Program-made: the position numbers and the translations under genes
Notes under the pieces: generated by a model
The model's input: only the letters and a program-made list of their open reading frames with translations
The model's database searches: none
What the model was told of the DNA's origin: nothing
Assembly (NCBI GenBank): GCA_038244585.1
Contig: JBBRTI010000002.1
Span: 258-64,257 of the forward strand
DNA length: 64,000 nucleotides
Direction: 5' to 3'
From: Candidatus Saccharimonadia bacterium
Lineage (GTDB): Bacteria > Patescibacteriota > Saccharimonadia > UBA4664
Shown: positions 46,531-56,524 of the stretch, one piece after another
Layout: each line of letters starts with the position of its first letter
Position numbering within the stretch: the stretch's first letter is position 1

Positions 46531-47362
46531 ACAGCTGTTGCTTTATGCACCTGTAGTGCATCGAGGCATCGAGGAATTCGTTGGCCGTCATCGTGATGCG
46601 GTGGAGGTTGAAATCATAGGCCTCAGTTTTCAGGCAGATTACCCGTGGATGAAGAAGGACGTACGTGCCGTCGATCCCCACGCGATCCTGGTAGATTTGG
46701 CCTCACGATTCAGGACGGTCAATTTCCGCATCGTCGAAACGAGCGTGCTGACGGCTCGAATCTTTGCCGATGTCTTGGTATTGCCCGACGATGACTTGAG
46801 TCGCAGTCTCGTGGAGAACTACAGGCTTGACCTGCCCGGACGGCGGGTTATATTTGAATCGGCCTGGCTGCGGTGGGACCGGACAGCTGCCTTGGCAGCT
46901 GAAACCGTCTCGCCAGACGAGGTGGTTTCATCCGACCAGTTTGATCAAGAAACTATGCATGCGGCCATTGAACTCAGCACCCGGAGCTCCGATTGGTGGC
47001 GCCAGGTGGGGGCGATTGTCGTTCGCGGTCAAACCGTACTCTCCACGGCCAACAACCGGCATATCCCTACTGAATACACACCCTACATCGATGGTGATCC
47101 CCGTGGAATGTTTCATAGGGGGGAGCATCTGGAGCTGACAACGGCAATCCATGCGGAGGCGGCGTGTATCGCCTGGTGCGCCCGACATGGCCTGGCGACC
47201 CTGGAAGCGGCAATATATGTCACTACTTTCCCGTGCCCGGTGTGTGCTAGGTTGATTGCCGCCAGCGGAATCAGTAGCTGTTATTACCGGTCAGGCTACG
47301 CAGTGCTTGACGGAGTGAAAGTGCTCCGCGACGCTGGCGTATCCTTAATTCGAGTCCAATGA
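46523..47362 (+). CDS. dCMP/cytidine deaminase zinc-binding domain protein with an approximately 150-aa N-terminal extension
   Basis: HAEAACIAW (H-A-E) and PCPVCARLI (PCxxC) are zinc-ligand motifs. AAAGGGG RBS is present. Confidence 0.6.
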   Translation: MSKQLLLYAPVVHRGIEEFVGRHRDAVEVEIIGLSFQADYPWMKKDVRAVDPHAILVDLASRFRTVNFRIVETSVLTARIFADVLVLPDDDLSRSLVENYRLDLPGRRVIFESAWLRWDRTAALAAETVSPDEVVSSDQFDQETMHAAIELSTRSSDWWRQVGAIVVRGQTVLSTANNRHIPTEYTPYIDGDPRGMFHRGEHLELTTAIHAEAACIAWCARHGLATLEAAIYVTTFPCPVCARLIAASGISSCYYRSGYAVLDGVKVLRDAGVSLIRVQ

Positions 47363-47378
47363 AATACCCCCCGACTGC

Positions 47379-47837
47379 TCAGGCTGTCGGGGGGCTTATA
47401 ATTGGCTTCGAGCTCAGTCGCATTCGAATCGGTGTGGTATCGGCGACGTCTGGATCGCCTTCGGCCAGATGGAAATGTAGATGGCGGATGGTGCCGCCCG
47501 TGAGTGCCGGATCGCCGTTGCGTGCGGCAAAACCATACCCGCTGGGGTGGTAGGTGGAGCGATGCCAGGCCAGAACCGCAGCCAAATCGGCGAGTTCCGA
47601 CCCTGTGAGCGATGCCATGTCGTCGACGTGACGCTTAGGAGAGGCTACAACATGACTCTTGGTACCCCGATAGGGGTAATCGTTGGTGGCCACGATCCAA
47701 TCCTTGGTTTCCAACAGAACGGAACGCCCCGCAAGGCCTTCGGCGCAGAAAAAACATATCTCACTAGCCTCAAGCTCCCGCATTCGCTCGCGCTGAGAAT
47801 CATGTCGGGCGTTACCTAGGTAATACAGATTTGTCAT
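47379..47837 (-). CDS. HIT-family (histidine triad) nucleotide hydrolase/transferase
   Basis: RHLHFHL is the HxHxHxx triad. Confidence 0.7.
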   Translation of the reverse strand: MTNLYYLGNARHDSQRERMRELEASEICFFCAEGLAGRSVLLETKDWIVATNDYPYRGTKSHVVASPKRHVDDMASLTGSELADLAAVLAWHRSTYHPSGYGFAARNGDPALTGGTIRHLHFHLAEGDPDVADTTPIRMRLSSKPIISPPTA

Positions 47838-47852
47838 TACCAGTCCTTCTTG

Positions 47853-48749
47853 TCATGGGGCAACCGGAATGCGGCCGATGGCAGGATGCGGGTGATAGTC
47901 ACTCAGCTCAAAGTGCTCGGCGCGGAACTCGTGGATATCCGTCACCCTCAGGCCCGCTTCATTGAGATGGACCGTCGGCAGGCGGAATGACTCACGCGCC
48001 AGCAAAATCTCAACTGCGCGAAGCTGGTCTTCGTAGAGATGGGCGTTGTTGATGGTGTGGTAGTACACAGCGGCCGGAAAGCCAGTCAGGTGCTCCAGCA
48101 TGAGCATGAGCGCTGCATACTGGATCATGTTGGATGGAACGCCCACCGGCACGTCGCCGGAACGCTGTGTCATGACCAGGTGCAGCTCATTGTCGATTAT
48201 CTGTACCTGGACCCAGCCGTGACAGGGAGAGATGGTGGTTTTAGGAGTTTTCCCCGTGCCGCGTGCGTTCTCATCCGGAATCCAAGGACTGACGAAGTGG
48301 GTCCGGTCATTCGGAAACTCGCGGATTTGTTCAACGAGATGCTTGAACTGGTCAAAGGTGCCACCGTCGCGGGTAGGGAAGTCATGGAAGGCGCCGCCGT
48401 ACGAACCCGGCCCAATAGTTCCGGGAGCCAGGCCGCGTTTGGCGGTTTTTGCCAGTGTCGCCCAAGGGCCCCACCAGTTCACGCCGAATTCCTCGAACTC
48501 ATCGAGTGTCGTTGCGCCATTGATGAAGGCGCAGAGCTCGCCGATGCCTTTGCTCCAAAAGCTGGCAATGTTCCGGTCGGGTATAACAGGAAAGCCGTTG
48601 TGTAAGTTAAAGCTCATCGTCTGTTGCATCAAGGTCAGGGCACGAGGCCCTTGGCGGGTCGGGACGTACTCTCCGTCGTCGACAATTCGCTGCAGTAGGT
48701 CTCGGTACTGGCTGTCAGGCGCGCGTTGATCAAAATCTTTGTAGTGCAT
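47853..48749 (-). CDS. thyA: thymidylate synthase (ThyA) family enzyme
   Basis: SPCHGWVQ carries the nucleophilic Cys. RSGDVPVGVPSNMIQYAAL and NNAHLY are present. Start chosen at 48749 (MHYKDF) on the basis of a GAGGT RBS. Confidence 0.7.
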   Translation of the reverse strand: MHYKDFDQRAPDSQYRDLLQRIVDDGEYVPTRQGPRALTLMQQTMSFNLHNGFPVIPDRNIASFWSKGIGELCAFINGATTLDEFEEFGVNWWGPWATLAKTAKRGLAPGTIGPGSYGGAFHDFPTRDGGTFDQFKHLVEQIREFPNDRTHFVSPWIPDENARGTGKTPKTTISPCHGWVQVQIIDNELHLVMTQRSGDVPVGVPSNMIQYAALMLMLEHLTGFPAAVYYHTINNAHLYEDQLRAVEILLARESFRLPTVHLNEAGLRVTDIHEFRAEHFELSDYHPHPAIGRIPVAP

Positions 48750-48903
48750 TTTTACCTCGCACATTGGAAAGGTTCGAGCAGATGCTAGAGCGCCCACTTT
48801 ACCATCTCATTGACGCCAGAGTCAAAATATCGTATATTACCTAAGTTCACCTAAGACCGTAGCTGCCCCGGGCTTAATCCGCTACGCATGGCGTAAATCT
48901 CAT

Positions 48904-48981
48904 TGTCAAGGTCGTCAAGTATTGACACCCTTGACACGCGGTTATGCTGTTGTCTCTGGCTTGAACACCAGAGTTTTTTAA
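48904..48981 (+). promoter_or_regulatory. rplJ leader region: nested palindromes, TTGACA boxes and a hairpin with U-run (tctctgg...ccagag-tttttt) 24 nt before the rplJ ATG
   Basis: TGTCAAGG (48904-11) is an inverted repeat of CCTTGACA (48929-36). Palindrome GTCAAGTATTGAC lies at 48914-26. The hairpin at 48954-48980 ends in T6. Confidence 0.4.
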
Positions 48982-49004
48982 TGTTTAGAGAAAGGTAATG
49001 ACAC

Positions 49005-49535
49005 ATGGCCATTTCTCGTGAGTCCAAAGAAAAGGCGGTAGCACAGCTATCGACCGATCTTGGCCGCATCAAACTGGCTGTCATGACCGACTACCGCGGC
49101 CTCTCCGTGCCGGAGATTGAAGAGCTGCGCGGCATCTTGCGAGCGGAAGGAATTTCCTACCGCGTCACCAAGAACACCCTGCTGCGCCTGGCGACCCAGT
49201 CTAACCCGGCACTCAAGGACATCGACCAGACGGCCTTCAACGGCCCTATGGCTCTGGCTCTTGGATTCGATGACGAAGTGGCTCCGGCCCGCGTCATCTT
49301 CCAATACGCCAGGAAGCACGATGCTCTTGAAATCGTCGGAGCGATCACCGCTGATGGCACCCTGCTGAGTGCTGCTGAGGTCAAGGCTCTGGCGACGCTG
49401 CCAACCCGCGAGCAATTGCTCGGTCAGGTTGTTGGTACGATCGCCGCTCCGCTTACCGGTTTTGTCGGTGTAATGTCAGGCAACGTCCGTTCCATCATTA
49501 ACGTACTAAACGCGCTTAGCGAAGCTAAGGCGTAA
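49005..49535 (+). CDS. rplJ: 50S ribosomal protein L10
   Basis: [15 protein letters not shown]...YRVTKNTLL is conserved L10. Confidence 0.9.
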   Translation: MAISRESKEKAVAQLSTDLGRIKLAVMTDYRGLSVPEIEELRGILRAEGISYRVTKNTLLRLATQSNPALKDIDQTAFNGPMALALGFDDEVAPARVIFQYARKHDALEIVGAITADGTLLSAAEVKALATLPTREQLLGQVVGTIAAPLTGFVGVMSGNVRSIINVLNALSEAKA

Positions 49536-49545
49536 GGAGACCATC

Positions 49546-49962
49546 ATGGCAGAACAAACTACTGCAACAGAAGAGTTCCAGGTTCCGGAAAAATTCGCTA
49601 AGCTCGTTGAGACTATCGACAAGTTGAGCGTACTCGAGCTGAGCGAGCTCGTTAAGACCCTGGAGAAGCACTACGGTGTCAGTGCAGCCGCCCCGGCAGC
49701 CGCAGCCGCCCCGGCAGCTGATGGCGACGGCGCAGCCGCCGCCCCTGAGAAGACCACCTTCACGGTCGTCCTGGCCAACGCCGGCGCCTCGAAGATCAGC
49801 GTCATCAAGGCCGTTCGTGAAATCACCGGCCTCGGCCTGGCTGAGAGCAAGGCCCTCGTTGACGGTGCCCCTAAGCCCATTAAGGAAGATGTTGCCAAAG
49901 CTGACGCCGAAGACGCTAAGGCCAAGCTGGAAGCAGCCGGCGCCACTGTTGAAATGCAGTAA
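49546..49962 (+). CDS. rplL: 50S ribosomal protein L7/L12
   Basis: Ala-rich hinge. The C-terminal domain is [28 protein letters not shown]. Confidence 0.92.
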   Translation: MAEQTTATEEFQVPEKFAKLVETIDKLSVLELSELVKTLEKHYGVSAAAPAAAAAPAADGDGAAAAPEKTTFTVVLANAGASKISVIKAVREITGLGLAESKALVDGAPKPIKEDVAKADAEDAKAKLEAAGATVEMQ

Positions 49963-49982
49963 TCGTTCCCAAACGATGTAAA

Positions 49983-50012
49983 ATAAGGACCTTCGGGTCC
50001 TTATTTTGTTTG
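49983..50012 (+). terminator. rho-independent terminator after rplL (ataaggacc-ttcg-ggtccttat-tttgttt)
   Basis: Perfect stem with a UUCG loop and a T-tract. Confidence 0.85.
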
Positions 50013-50173
50013 GCTAGAGCCCAAAGCTGGCCAAAAGGCCCGTTTTGCGCTAAGATAGTTCAGTATTGTTACGGTAAAAAACCCTCACCCATGTCAATTG
50101 TTTTGACAAGGATAGCTTGGCGTAGTATGAATAAAGCCAGCAAGCGGTTATACCAAAACCAAAGGATGTTGTT

Positions 50174-50692
50174 GTGGCAGAGATTACCGATAAGCAGCTC
50201 AAGACGCTCAAAAAACTCATAGAGACAGCCGAGACCAACCTGTCCGGCGCCAAAGAACTCCTGACGAGCCTCGTGGGGAGTGAAGAGACGGTCTCACAAA
50301 CCGCCGCCGCCGCTCAGGCACAGGCTACCGGTAAAGTTGTTGAAGGCTCCTTTGACGGGCAGCACATGATTGGTCCTGACGGCAAGAGCTACCCCGTACC
50401 AGCTAACTACGCCTCAAAGAGCAAGCTCGTCCAGGGCGACCAGCTCAAACTCATCATTGGATATGACGGTGCTTTCATGTACAAGCAGATTGGTCCCATC
50501 GAGCGCAAGAAGCTGATCGGCACCCTGAATCTTAAGGACGGCGCCTACTTCGTTGAAGCCCGCGGTCAGGAGTACCACGTTCTGTTTGCCAGCGTAACCT
50601 ACTTCAAGGCTCAGCCCGGAGATCAGGTGACAATGGTCATCCCTGAGGCTGGCGACGCCGAGTGGGCCGCCATCGAAGCCGTTATCGGCTAA
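50174..50692 (+). CDS. hypothetical protein (172 aa)
   Basis: GTG start after AAAGGATG. No motifs. Confidence 0.45.
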   Translation: MAEITDKQLKTLKKLIETAETNLSGAKELLTSLVGSEETVSQTAAAAQAQATGKVVEGSFDGQHMIGPDGKSYPVPANYASKSKLVQGDQLKLIIGYDGAFMYKQIGPIERKKLIGTLNLKDGAYFVEARGQEYHVLFASVTYFKAQPGDQVTMVIPEAGDAEWAAIEAVIG

Positions 50693-50759
50693 AGCTTATC
50701 CACTATCAGATACCAGCCGTATCAGATATACTAGTTTAAGAACTAAGAGGCAGCTGCGG

Positions 50760-52256
50760 GTGGATAACCAGGCCTTATATCGTAAATATCGAAGTGTTGA
50801 TTTTGATCACGTCATCGGCCAGGCTCACGTGACGAAGACGCTTGTAAGCGCGCTCTCAAGCGGGCATGTCAGTCATGCCTACTTGTTTACCGGACCGCGA
50901 GGCGTGGGTAAGACCAGTGTGGCCAGACTACTGGCGCGGGCGCTAAACTGCACCGGGGGAGCGGAGGGAGCTGGCAAGCCGTGCAATAATTGTGATAGCT
51001 GTTTGGCTGCCATCAATTCGTCGCTGGATATTATTGAAATCGACGCGGCCAGCAACAACGGCGTCGACGATGTGCGCGAGCTGCGCGATAAGGTCAGTAT
51101 TGCACCGTCGGGCGGCGGCTATAAGGTCTATATCATCGACGAGGTCCACATGCTGTCGGCGGGGGCCTTCAACGCGCTGCTTAAGACCTTGGAAGAGCCA
51201 CCGGCCCATGCCGTCTTTATTCTGGCCACGACCGAGTCCCATAAGATACCGGCTACCATAATGTCCCGCACCCAGAGCTTCGCTTTCAAGCCGATTGGGG
51301 AGACGGATATAATCAATCATCTGCAAGCGATTGCCACTTCGGAGCAGATTGCCCTCGACGATGCGGCCGCGCGCCTAATTGCACGTACGGCCCGTGGCAG
51401 TTTCCGCGACGCCATCGGCATGCTGGATCAGATGAGGCCTGTCGGCAATGCGGCCGTGACCGCTGAGGCGGTCCGCAACCTTTTGGGCTTTAGCGATGAA
51501 GGCGGCATTGCGGCAATAAGTCAAGCCTTGGTTGAATCGGACCCGCGCGCGGCCATCCTGGCTATCGACGAGCTGGTGACTGGCGGTGCCCAACCGGCGC
51601 AGATTGCCGTTCAGCTGACTGAGCAGTGGCGGGACGTGCTGCACGCGTGTCTGAAGGCCACCGAGTCCGTATCGTCAGACACTGCCCAGCTCGCGGCTCA
51701 GGTGACGCCCGCCCGCTGCGCCGCCATAATTGATGCCCTGATGAGCGTAGTCAAGTCGCCTTGGTCACTGATGAGCCTTGAGACGGCCGTAGTGCGACTC
51801 ACAGCTACCGCTGAGACCGTTCAGACTCAACCCGTTGCCCAGTTGGTCCCGGCGCCGGCCAAAACTCCGCGGGCCGCCCAACGGGCAGTCGCCGAGGATC
51901 CGGACCATATAACCGCCACCCCCGGCAATATCGAGCCAGGCCGCTGGCCTAAGGTCCTGGTGCTGCTCAAGCAGGAACACAGCTCCCTCTGTGGCCTGCT
52001 CCAGATGTACCCGACCGATTTCTCCGCTGATAAAGTCACCGTTCGTGCTCGCTTCAACTTCCACCGCGACCTCTTTAACCGGCCTCAGAACCGCCAGGCC
52101 ATCGAAACTGCCGCCGCCAAGGTTTTCGGCCGGCCTATTACTGTCATGGCGGTCACTGACTTGTCGGCACTGCCGCCCAAGACGGGCCTGCAGAACGCGT
52201 CCGACGATCTGACGGCCGCGGCGTTGGAAATCCTTGGCGGAGAGGTAATAGACTGA
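50760..52256 (+). CDS. dnaX: DNA polymerase III subunit gamma/tau
   Basis: LYRKYRSVDFDHVIGQ, the P-loop GPRGVGKTS, the zinc module CNNCDSC and the DEVH box YIIDEVHML are present. Confidence 0.88.
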   Translation: MDNQALYRKYRSVDFDHVIGQAHVTKTLVSALSSGHVSHAYLFTGPRGVGKTSVARLLARALNCTGGAEGAGKPCNNCDSCLAAINSSLDIIEIDAASNNGVDDVRELRDKVSIAPSGGGYKVYIIDEVHMLSAGAFNALLKTLEEPPAHAVFILATTESHKIPATIMSRTQSFAFKPIGETDIINHLQAIATSEQIALDDAAARLIARTARGSFRDAIGMLDQMRPVGNAAVTAEAVRNLLGFSDEGGIAAISQALVESDPRAAILAIDELVTGGAQPAQIAVQLTEQWRDVLHACLKATESVSSDTAQLAAQVTPARCAAIIDALMSVVKSPWSLMSLETAVVRLTATAETVQTQPVAQLVPAPAKTPRAAQRAVAEDPDHITATPGNIEPGRWPKVLVLLKQEHSSLCGLLQMYPTDFSADKVTVRARFNFHRDLFNRPQNRQAIETAAAKVFGRPITVMAVTDLSALPPKTGLQNASDDLTAAALEILGGEVID

Positions 52257-53668
52257 TGCCAAGCGAACGGGGAACCAGAAATAAGCCGCGCACGGCCCCG
52301 CGCCGTGAGGACTACGCGCGCACCGAGGATATGGAGCATATTGCGGGCAAAATGCCGCCGCAGAACCTGGATGCCGAAGCCAGCTTGATCGGCTCGATTC
52401 TCATCGAAAAAGAGGCCATCATCCAAGTGGCTGACATTGTTACGCCCGAAGACTTCTATGCCGAGCGCAACGCCATTATTTTTAGCGCCATCTTGGACCT
52501 TTACGAGCAGCGGCAGCCGCTTGACCTGTTGACTCTGGCCAACCGCCTGCGCGAGGTCGAAGAACTCGACAACGTCGGCGGCTCGTCGTATCTGGCTGAG
52601 CTGACCTCGGCGGTCCCGACGGCGGCCCACGTGGCACATTACGCAGCCATCGTCGCCCATAAGGCCACCCTGCGCCGCCTGATCCTGGCTGCCAGTGCCA
52701 TAACCAACATCGGCTATGACGAGGACACGCCTCTGGAAGACCTGTTGGACAAGGCCGAACAGACTATCTTTGAGGTCAGCCAGAAGAACCTCAAGCAAAA
52801 CTTCATACCCATTAGCTCCGTCCTGGCGGAATCTTTCGACCGTATCAATGACCTCAACTCTAATACCGGCAAGCTGCGGGGTGTTTCGAGCGGCTTCCGT
52901 GACATAGATAACATGCTGGCGGGATTCCAAAATTCTGACCTTATTATCATTGCCGCCCGTCCCTCCATGGGTAAGACTACGTTGGTCATGAACATTGCCC
53001 ATCACGTGGCAGCCCGCGAGGGTATTCCGGTCGGCTTCTTCTCGCTTGAGGTCTCCAAGGAGCAGCTCATCGACCAGCTACTCGCTATCGAGAGCGGCGT
53101 GGACGCCTGGAAACTGCGCACCGGCGACCTGGACGACGAGGACTTCGTCAAAATCAATCAGGCCATGGCGGAGCTCAGTGAAGCCCCCATCTACATCGAT
53201 GACTCAGCGACCACCAACGTTATGGAAATGCGTACCAAAGCCCGCCGTCTCCAGGCTGAGCATGGCTTGGGACTGGTCATCATCGACTACCTTCAACTCA
53301 TCTCCGGGGGCGCGCGTACGACTGATGGCCGTCAACAGGAGGTCAGTGAGATTTCTCGTAACCTCAAAGGTCTGGCACGTGAGCTCAATGTCCCTGTCAT
53401 CGCTCTGTCGCAGCTGTCCCGCGCCGTGGAGTCCCGGACGCCACCGACGCCGCAGCTCTCCGACCTGCGAGACTCCGGTTCCATCGAGCAGGACGCCGAC
53501 GTCGTCGCCTTCATTTACCGCCCGTGGTACTACGATAAGGAAGCCGACGAGAATGTTACTCAAATTCTGGTGAAGAAGCACCGTAACGGTGCAATCGGCG
53601 ACGTTGAACTCTACTTCAGCGCCGAGCAGCGCAAGTTCACCAATCTTGACCGGCTCCACGCTCAGTAG
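52256..53668 (+). CDS. dnaB: replicative DNA helicase DnaB
   Basis: N-terminal QNLDAEASLIGSIL. Walker A is ARPSMGKTT. The C-terminal motifs are RecA-like. Confidence 0.9.
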   Translation: MPSERGTRNKPRTAPRREDYARTEDMEHIAGKMPPQNLDAEASLIGSILIEKEAIIQVADIVTPEDFYAERNAIIFSAILDLYEQRQPLDLLTLANRLREVEELDNVGGSSYLAELTSAVPTAAHVAHYAAIVAHKATLRRLILAASAITNIGYDEDTPLEDLLDKAEQTIFEVSQKNLKQNFIPISSVLAESFDRINDLNSNTGKLRGVSSGFRDIDNMLAGFQNSDLIIIAARPSMGKTTLVMNIAHHVAAREGIPVGFFSLEVSKEQLIDQLLAIESGVDAWKLRTGDLDDEDFVKINQAMAELSEAPIYIDDSATTNVMEMRTKARRLQAEHGLGLVIIDYLQLISGGARTTDGRQQEVSEISRNLKGLARELNVPVIALSQLSRAVESRTPPTPQLSDLRDSGSIEQDADVVAFIYRPWYYDKEADENVTQILVKKHRNGAIGDVELYFSAEQRKFTNLDRLHAQ

Positions 53669-53754
53669 CGCCTGAGCGACAAGCAAGCTGAATTTTAGTA
53701 TAATAGCAGTTAATATAAAACGGTTATGGTTGATAATTAACATCAGGAATACAT

Positions 53755-54222
53755 ATGCCCGTGTCCGAGAACAACAGTCGTCGAATTAGGCAAGTAGGGA
53801 AGTTCGGCGTCGTGGGCGTCGTCAACACCCTCCTGGACTTCTTTATCTTCAACCTCTGCAGTAAATTCCTGAAGCTTGCGCTGATACCCTCGAATACCAT
53901 TTCGACGACCATTGCCATGATCTTCAGCTTCGTCGTCAACCGCAAGGTGGTCTTTAAGAAAGACGGCGGATCGACCGCCCGCCAAGCCGTCCAATTCTAT
54001 GTTGTCACGGCCTTCGGGCTGTACGTGCTGCAAAACAGCATCATCCATCTGCTGGCTGTTACCTGGCCCGGCCCCTTGTTAGGGGTGGTTCACGTAATTC
54101 GAAGCATGGGACTACATATGTTCAGCGACGCATTTTATGTTAATAATGGGGCTAAGGCGATCGGCACGGTCGTCAGCCTGGCTTGGAATTTCATAATGTA
54201 TAAAAAGGTGGTATTTCGCTAA
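53755..54222 (+). CDS. GtrA-family membrane protein (polyprenyl-phosphate-sugar flippase-like)
   Basis: KFGVVGVVNTLLDFFIFNL plus four TM helices. It is adjacent to GT2 and GT39 genes. Confidence 0.65.
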   Translation: MPVSENNSRRIRQVGKFGVVGVVNTLLDFFIFNLCSKFLKLALIPSNTISTTIAMIFSFVVNRKVVFKKDGGSTARQAVQFYVVTAFGLYVLQNSIIHLLAVTWPGPLLGVVHVIRSMGLHMFSDAFYVNNGAKAIGTVVSLAWNFIMYKKVVFR

Positions 54223-55760
54223 TGGGACACTCGTCAATATTTATGGAGCGCGCCTCGCGTCATGCAACGGTTTTCGGTTTGGCCGGACTGACCCTGGTGG
54301 CCACCTTCATGCGTTTCTGGAAGATTGATCTTCTGCCGCCGGGTTTGACGACGACCGAAGCCCGTCTTGGCGAATCCGTCGCGTCGCTGGTGACCCAAGG
54401 GCACCTGCCCGCTTTTGCCTCTCAAAACGGCTACTCACCACTCCTGGTGGCGCTCGAGGCGCTGCCATATAAGTTGCTCGGGGCTACGACGTGGTCGTTA
54501 CGGCTGGTACCGGCTCTGATAGGAGTACTCAGCGTCATCGCCCTCTGGTATTGGGCGCGTGCCTGGTTCGGTTCCCGGGTTGCCTGGATCGCCGCTTTCC
54601 TGCTTGCGGTTTCCCCCTGGGCAATTACTATCTCCCGCAACGCCAGCGCCTCATCATTGGCTCCGCTGTTGGTGCCGCTAACTCTATGGTTGGTCACTAT
54701 TGGGTATCGGCGCAACCGGTCCAGTGCCTGGGTCCTGGCCGGAGCGGTCGTCGGGCTGGATTTGCTCGCTGGTCCCTTGGGCTGGATTACCGCTGGTCTC
54801 GTGATCTTGGCCGGCATGTATTGGCTCGTCTCGCGCCGTCGTCTACCTCAGTGGTCAAAGGGCCGGCTGGCAGCCTTTGTGGTGACGGCTATTCTTGCCG
54901 GCCTATCGGGTTACCTGGCAGGGCGGCTGCCGTCCGGGGTGACCACGCTGCCGTCGCAGCTAGGCCTGCCAGCCGGCACGGACGCCGTTGGAACTACCGT
55001 GGTTTCCGCCCTGCTTATGTTCAATGTCCGAGGAGACATGAGTTTTCAACACAATCTGGGCGGTGAGCCGCTGCTTAATGTTTTCGTCGGTCTGATGTTC
55101 GTGACCGGTCTGCTGGTAGCCTTTACCCGCCTTACTGCAAACCGATACCGCCGCCTGCTGCTTATTTTTGTCGCCTTCCTTTTACCGGTAGGAATCAGTG
55201 TGGCCGGTGCGCCCGACGCCGCCCGGGCAGCTGGAGTTCTGCCTATAACCATGGTCCTGGCCGCGCTAGGAGCCACTTACTTGCTTCAGGTGTGGTATTC
55301 GACCTTCCCAATCAACTCCGCTGCCCGCGTGTCCGGCAGGTCGGCAGTCGGTTTGCTGTTGATCCTGACAGCGTTCCAGGGATACACCCAGTACTTCCAC
55401 GCCTGGGCCGGTTCGGCCGAGACTTACGCGGCTTTCCATGAGGAGGCTGTCAAAGCCAGTGACTTCACCGACCAGGCCGCGGCCAAAACAAGTGATACCA
55501 AGCGCTTCCTAATTACTGGCGCCGATGAAGCCTTCGTTGTAGCTTATCTGACCAAGCCCGCGTCAGCGCGCCAGCTGTCCGTTCCGGAACTGGTTGCCCT
55601 GCCGATTACGCCGGGAGTCTACCAATTTGTCCTGACGGCTGCCGTCCGCGACAAGGTTGCCAAGGCTTTGGCGGACAAATTCCCCGGCGGCAAGCTGAAG
55701 CCGTACTACTCGGCCTTCAATGATTCTGATATTTTCTACGACTACCAGGTAACTAAGTGA
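54222..55760 (+). CDS. GT39/ArnT-PMT-like polytopic glycosyltransferase
   Basis: The N-terminal TM loop carries a DE-like acidic motif region. More than 10 TM helices. Undecaprenyl/dolichyl-phosphate-sugar dependent family architecture. Confidence 0.6.
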   Translation: MGHSSIFMERASRHATVFGLAGLTLVATFMRFWKIDLLPPGLTTTEARLGESVASLVTQGHLPAFASQNGYSPLLVALEALPYKLLGATTWSLRLVPALIGVLSVIALWYWARAWFGSRVAWIAAFLLAVSPWAITISRNASASSLAPLLVPLTLWLVTIGYRRNRSSAWVLAGAVVGLDLLAGPLGWITAGLVILAGMYWLVSRRRLPQWSKGRLAAFVVTAILAGLSGYLAGRLPSGVTTLPSQLGLPAGTDAVGTTVVSALLMFNVRGDMSFQHNLGGEPLLNVFVGLMFVTGLLVAFTRLTANRYRRLLLIFVAFLLPVGISVAGAPDAARAAGVLPITMVLAALGATYLLQVWYSTFPINSAARVSGRSAVGLLLILTAFQGYTQYFHAWAGSAETYAAFHEEAVKASDFTDQAAAKTSDTKRFLITGADEAFVVAYLTKPASARQLSVPELVALPITPGVYQFVLTAAVRDKVAKALADKFPGGKLKPYYSAFNDSDIFYDYQVTK

Positions 55761-56524
55761 AACCGATTGCTCTGAGCATCATCATACCCGCCTACATGGA
55801 GGCCGTTCGCATCGGCGATACGCTGGAGCGGCTGGCGGAATTCCTGAGTACCCGTGATTACGGTAGGGTCGAGGTGCTGGTGGTGGTCGCGGATAGTCCG
55901 GACGGCACAAAAAAACTCGCGGAGGCCAAAGCCGGACTGTTCAAGACCTTCAGGGTGATCGAACCCGGACCTAGGCTGGGGAAGGGGCGTGACGTGCGCC
56001 TGGGCATTTTTGAAGCCGCCGGCGCTTGCCGGGTTTTCATGGATGCCGATCTCGCGACCCCGCTGATTCATCTTGACGAAGTGGTACGCCTGGCCGGAGA
56101 AGGCGTTGCGGTAGGTATAGCTGTGCGCAATTTGAGCTCAATTCATGCCAAACTGACTCGTCTGCTCATCTCGGTCGTAGGCAATGTTTTAGCTCAGATA
56201 ATATTGCTCCCCGGCATTAAGGACACCCAATGTGGGTTTAAATTTTTTGATGCTAAGGCAGCCGAGGAGATTTTTGGTCGCATGACAATCCTTGGTTGGG
56301 GTTTTGACCTTGAGATCCTCGCCATTGCCCGCAAGAAGGGATATAAAATCGCAATTATCAAAGCTCCCGATTGGAGCGACCCCAAATCCGACGATGAGGG
56401 ATTTGTCGGAGACTCGGCTACAGGCGCTTCACTTAAAGTTTTTCGAGACATGCTTAAGGTACGTTGGAATCTAATTCGCGGCCGTTACAACCGCCGCACT
56501 TATATTCACCGCGCCGTCAGCTAA
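55757..56524 (+). CDS. GT2 family glycosyltransferase (polyprenyl-phosphate sugar synthase, GtrB/DPM1-like)
   Basis: LSIIIPAYME is the GT-A start. DAD supplies the DxD motif. The conserved QCGFK is present. Confidence 0.7.
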   Translation: MKPIALSIIIPAYMEAVRIGDTLERLAEFLSTRDYGRVEVLVVVADSPDGTKKLAEAKAGLFKTFRVIEPGPRLGKGRDVRLGIFEAAGACRVFMDADLATPLIHLDEVVRLAGEGVAVGIAVRNLSSIHAKLTRLLISVVGNVLAQIILLPGIKDTQCGFKFFDAKAAEEIFGRMTILGWGFDLEILAIARKKGYKIAIIKAPDWSDPKSDDEGFVGDSATGASLKVFRDMLKVRWNLIRGRYNRRTYIHRAVS

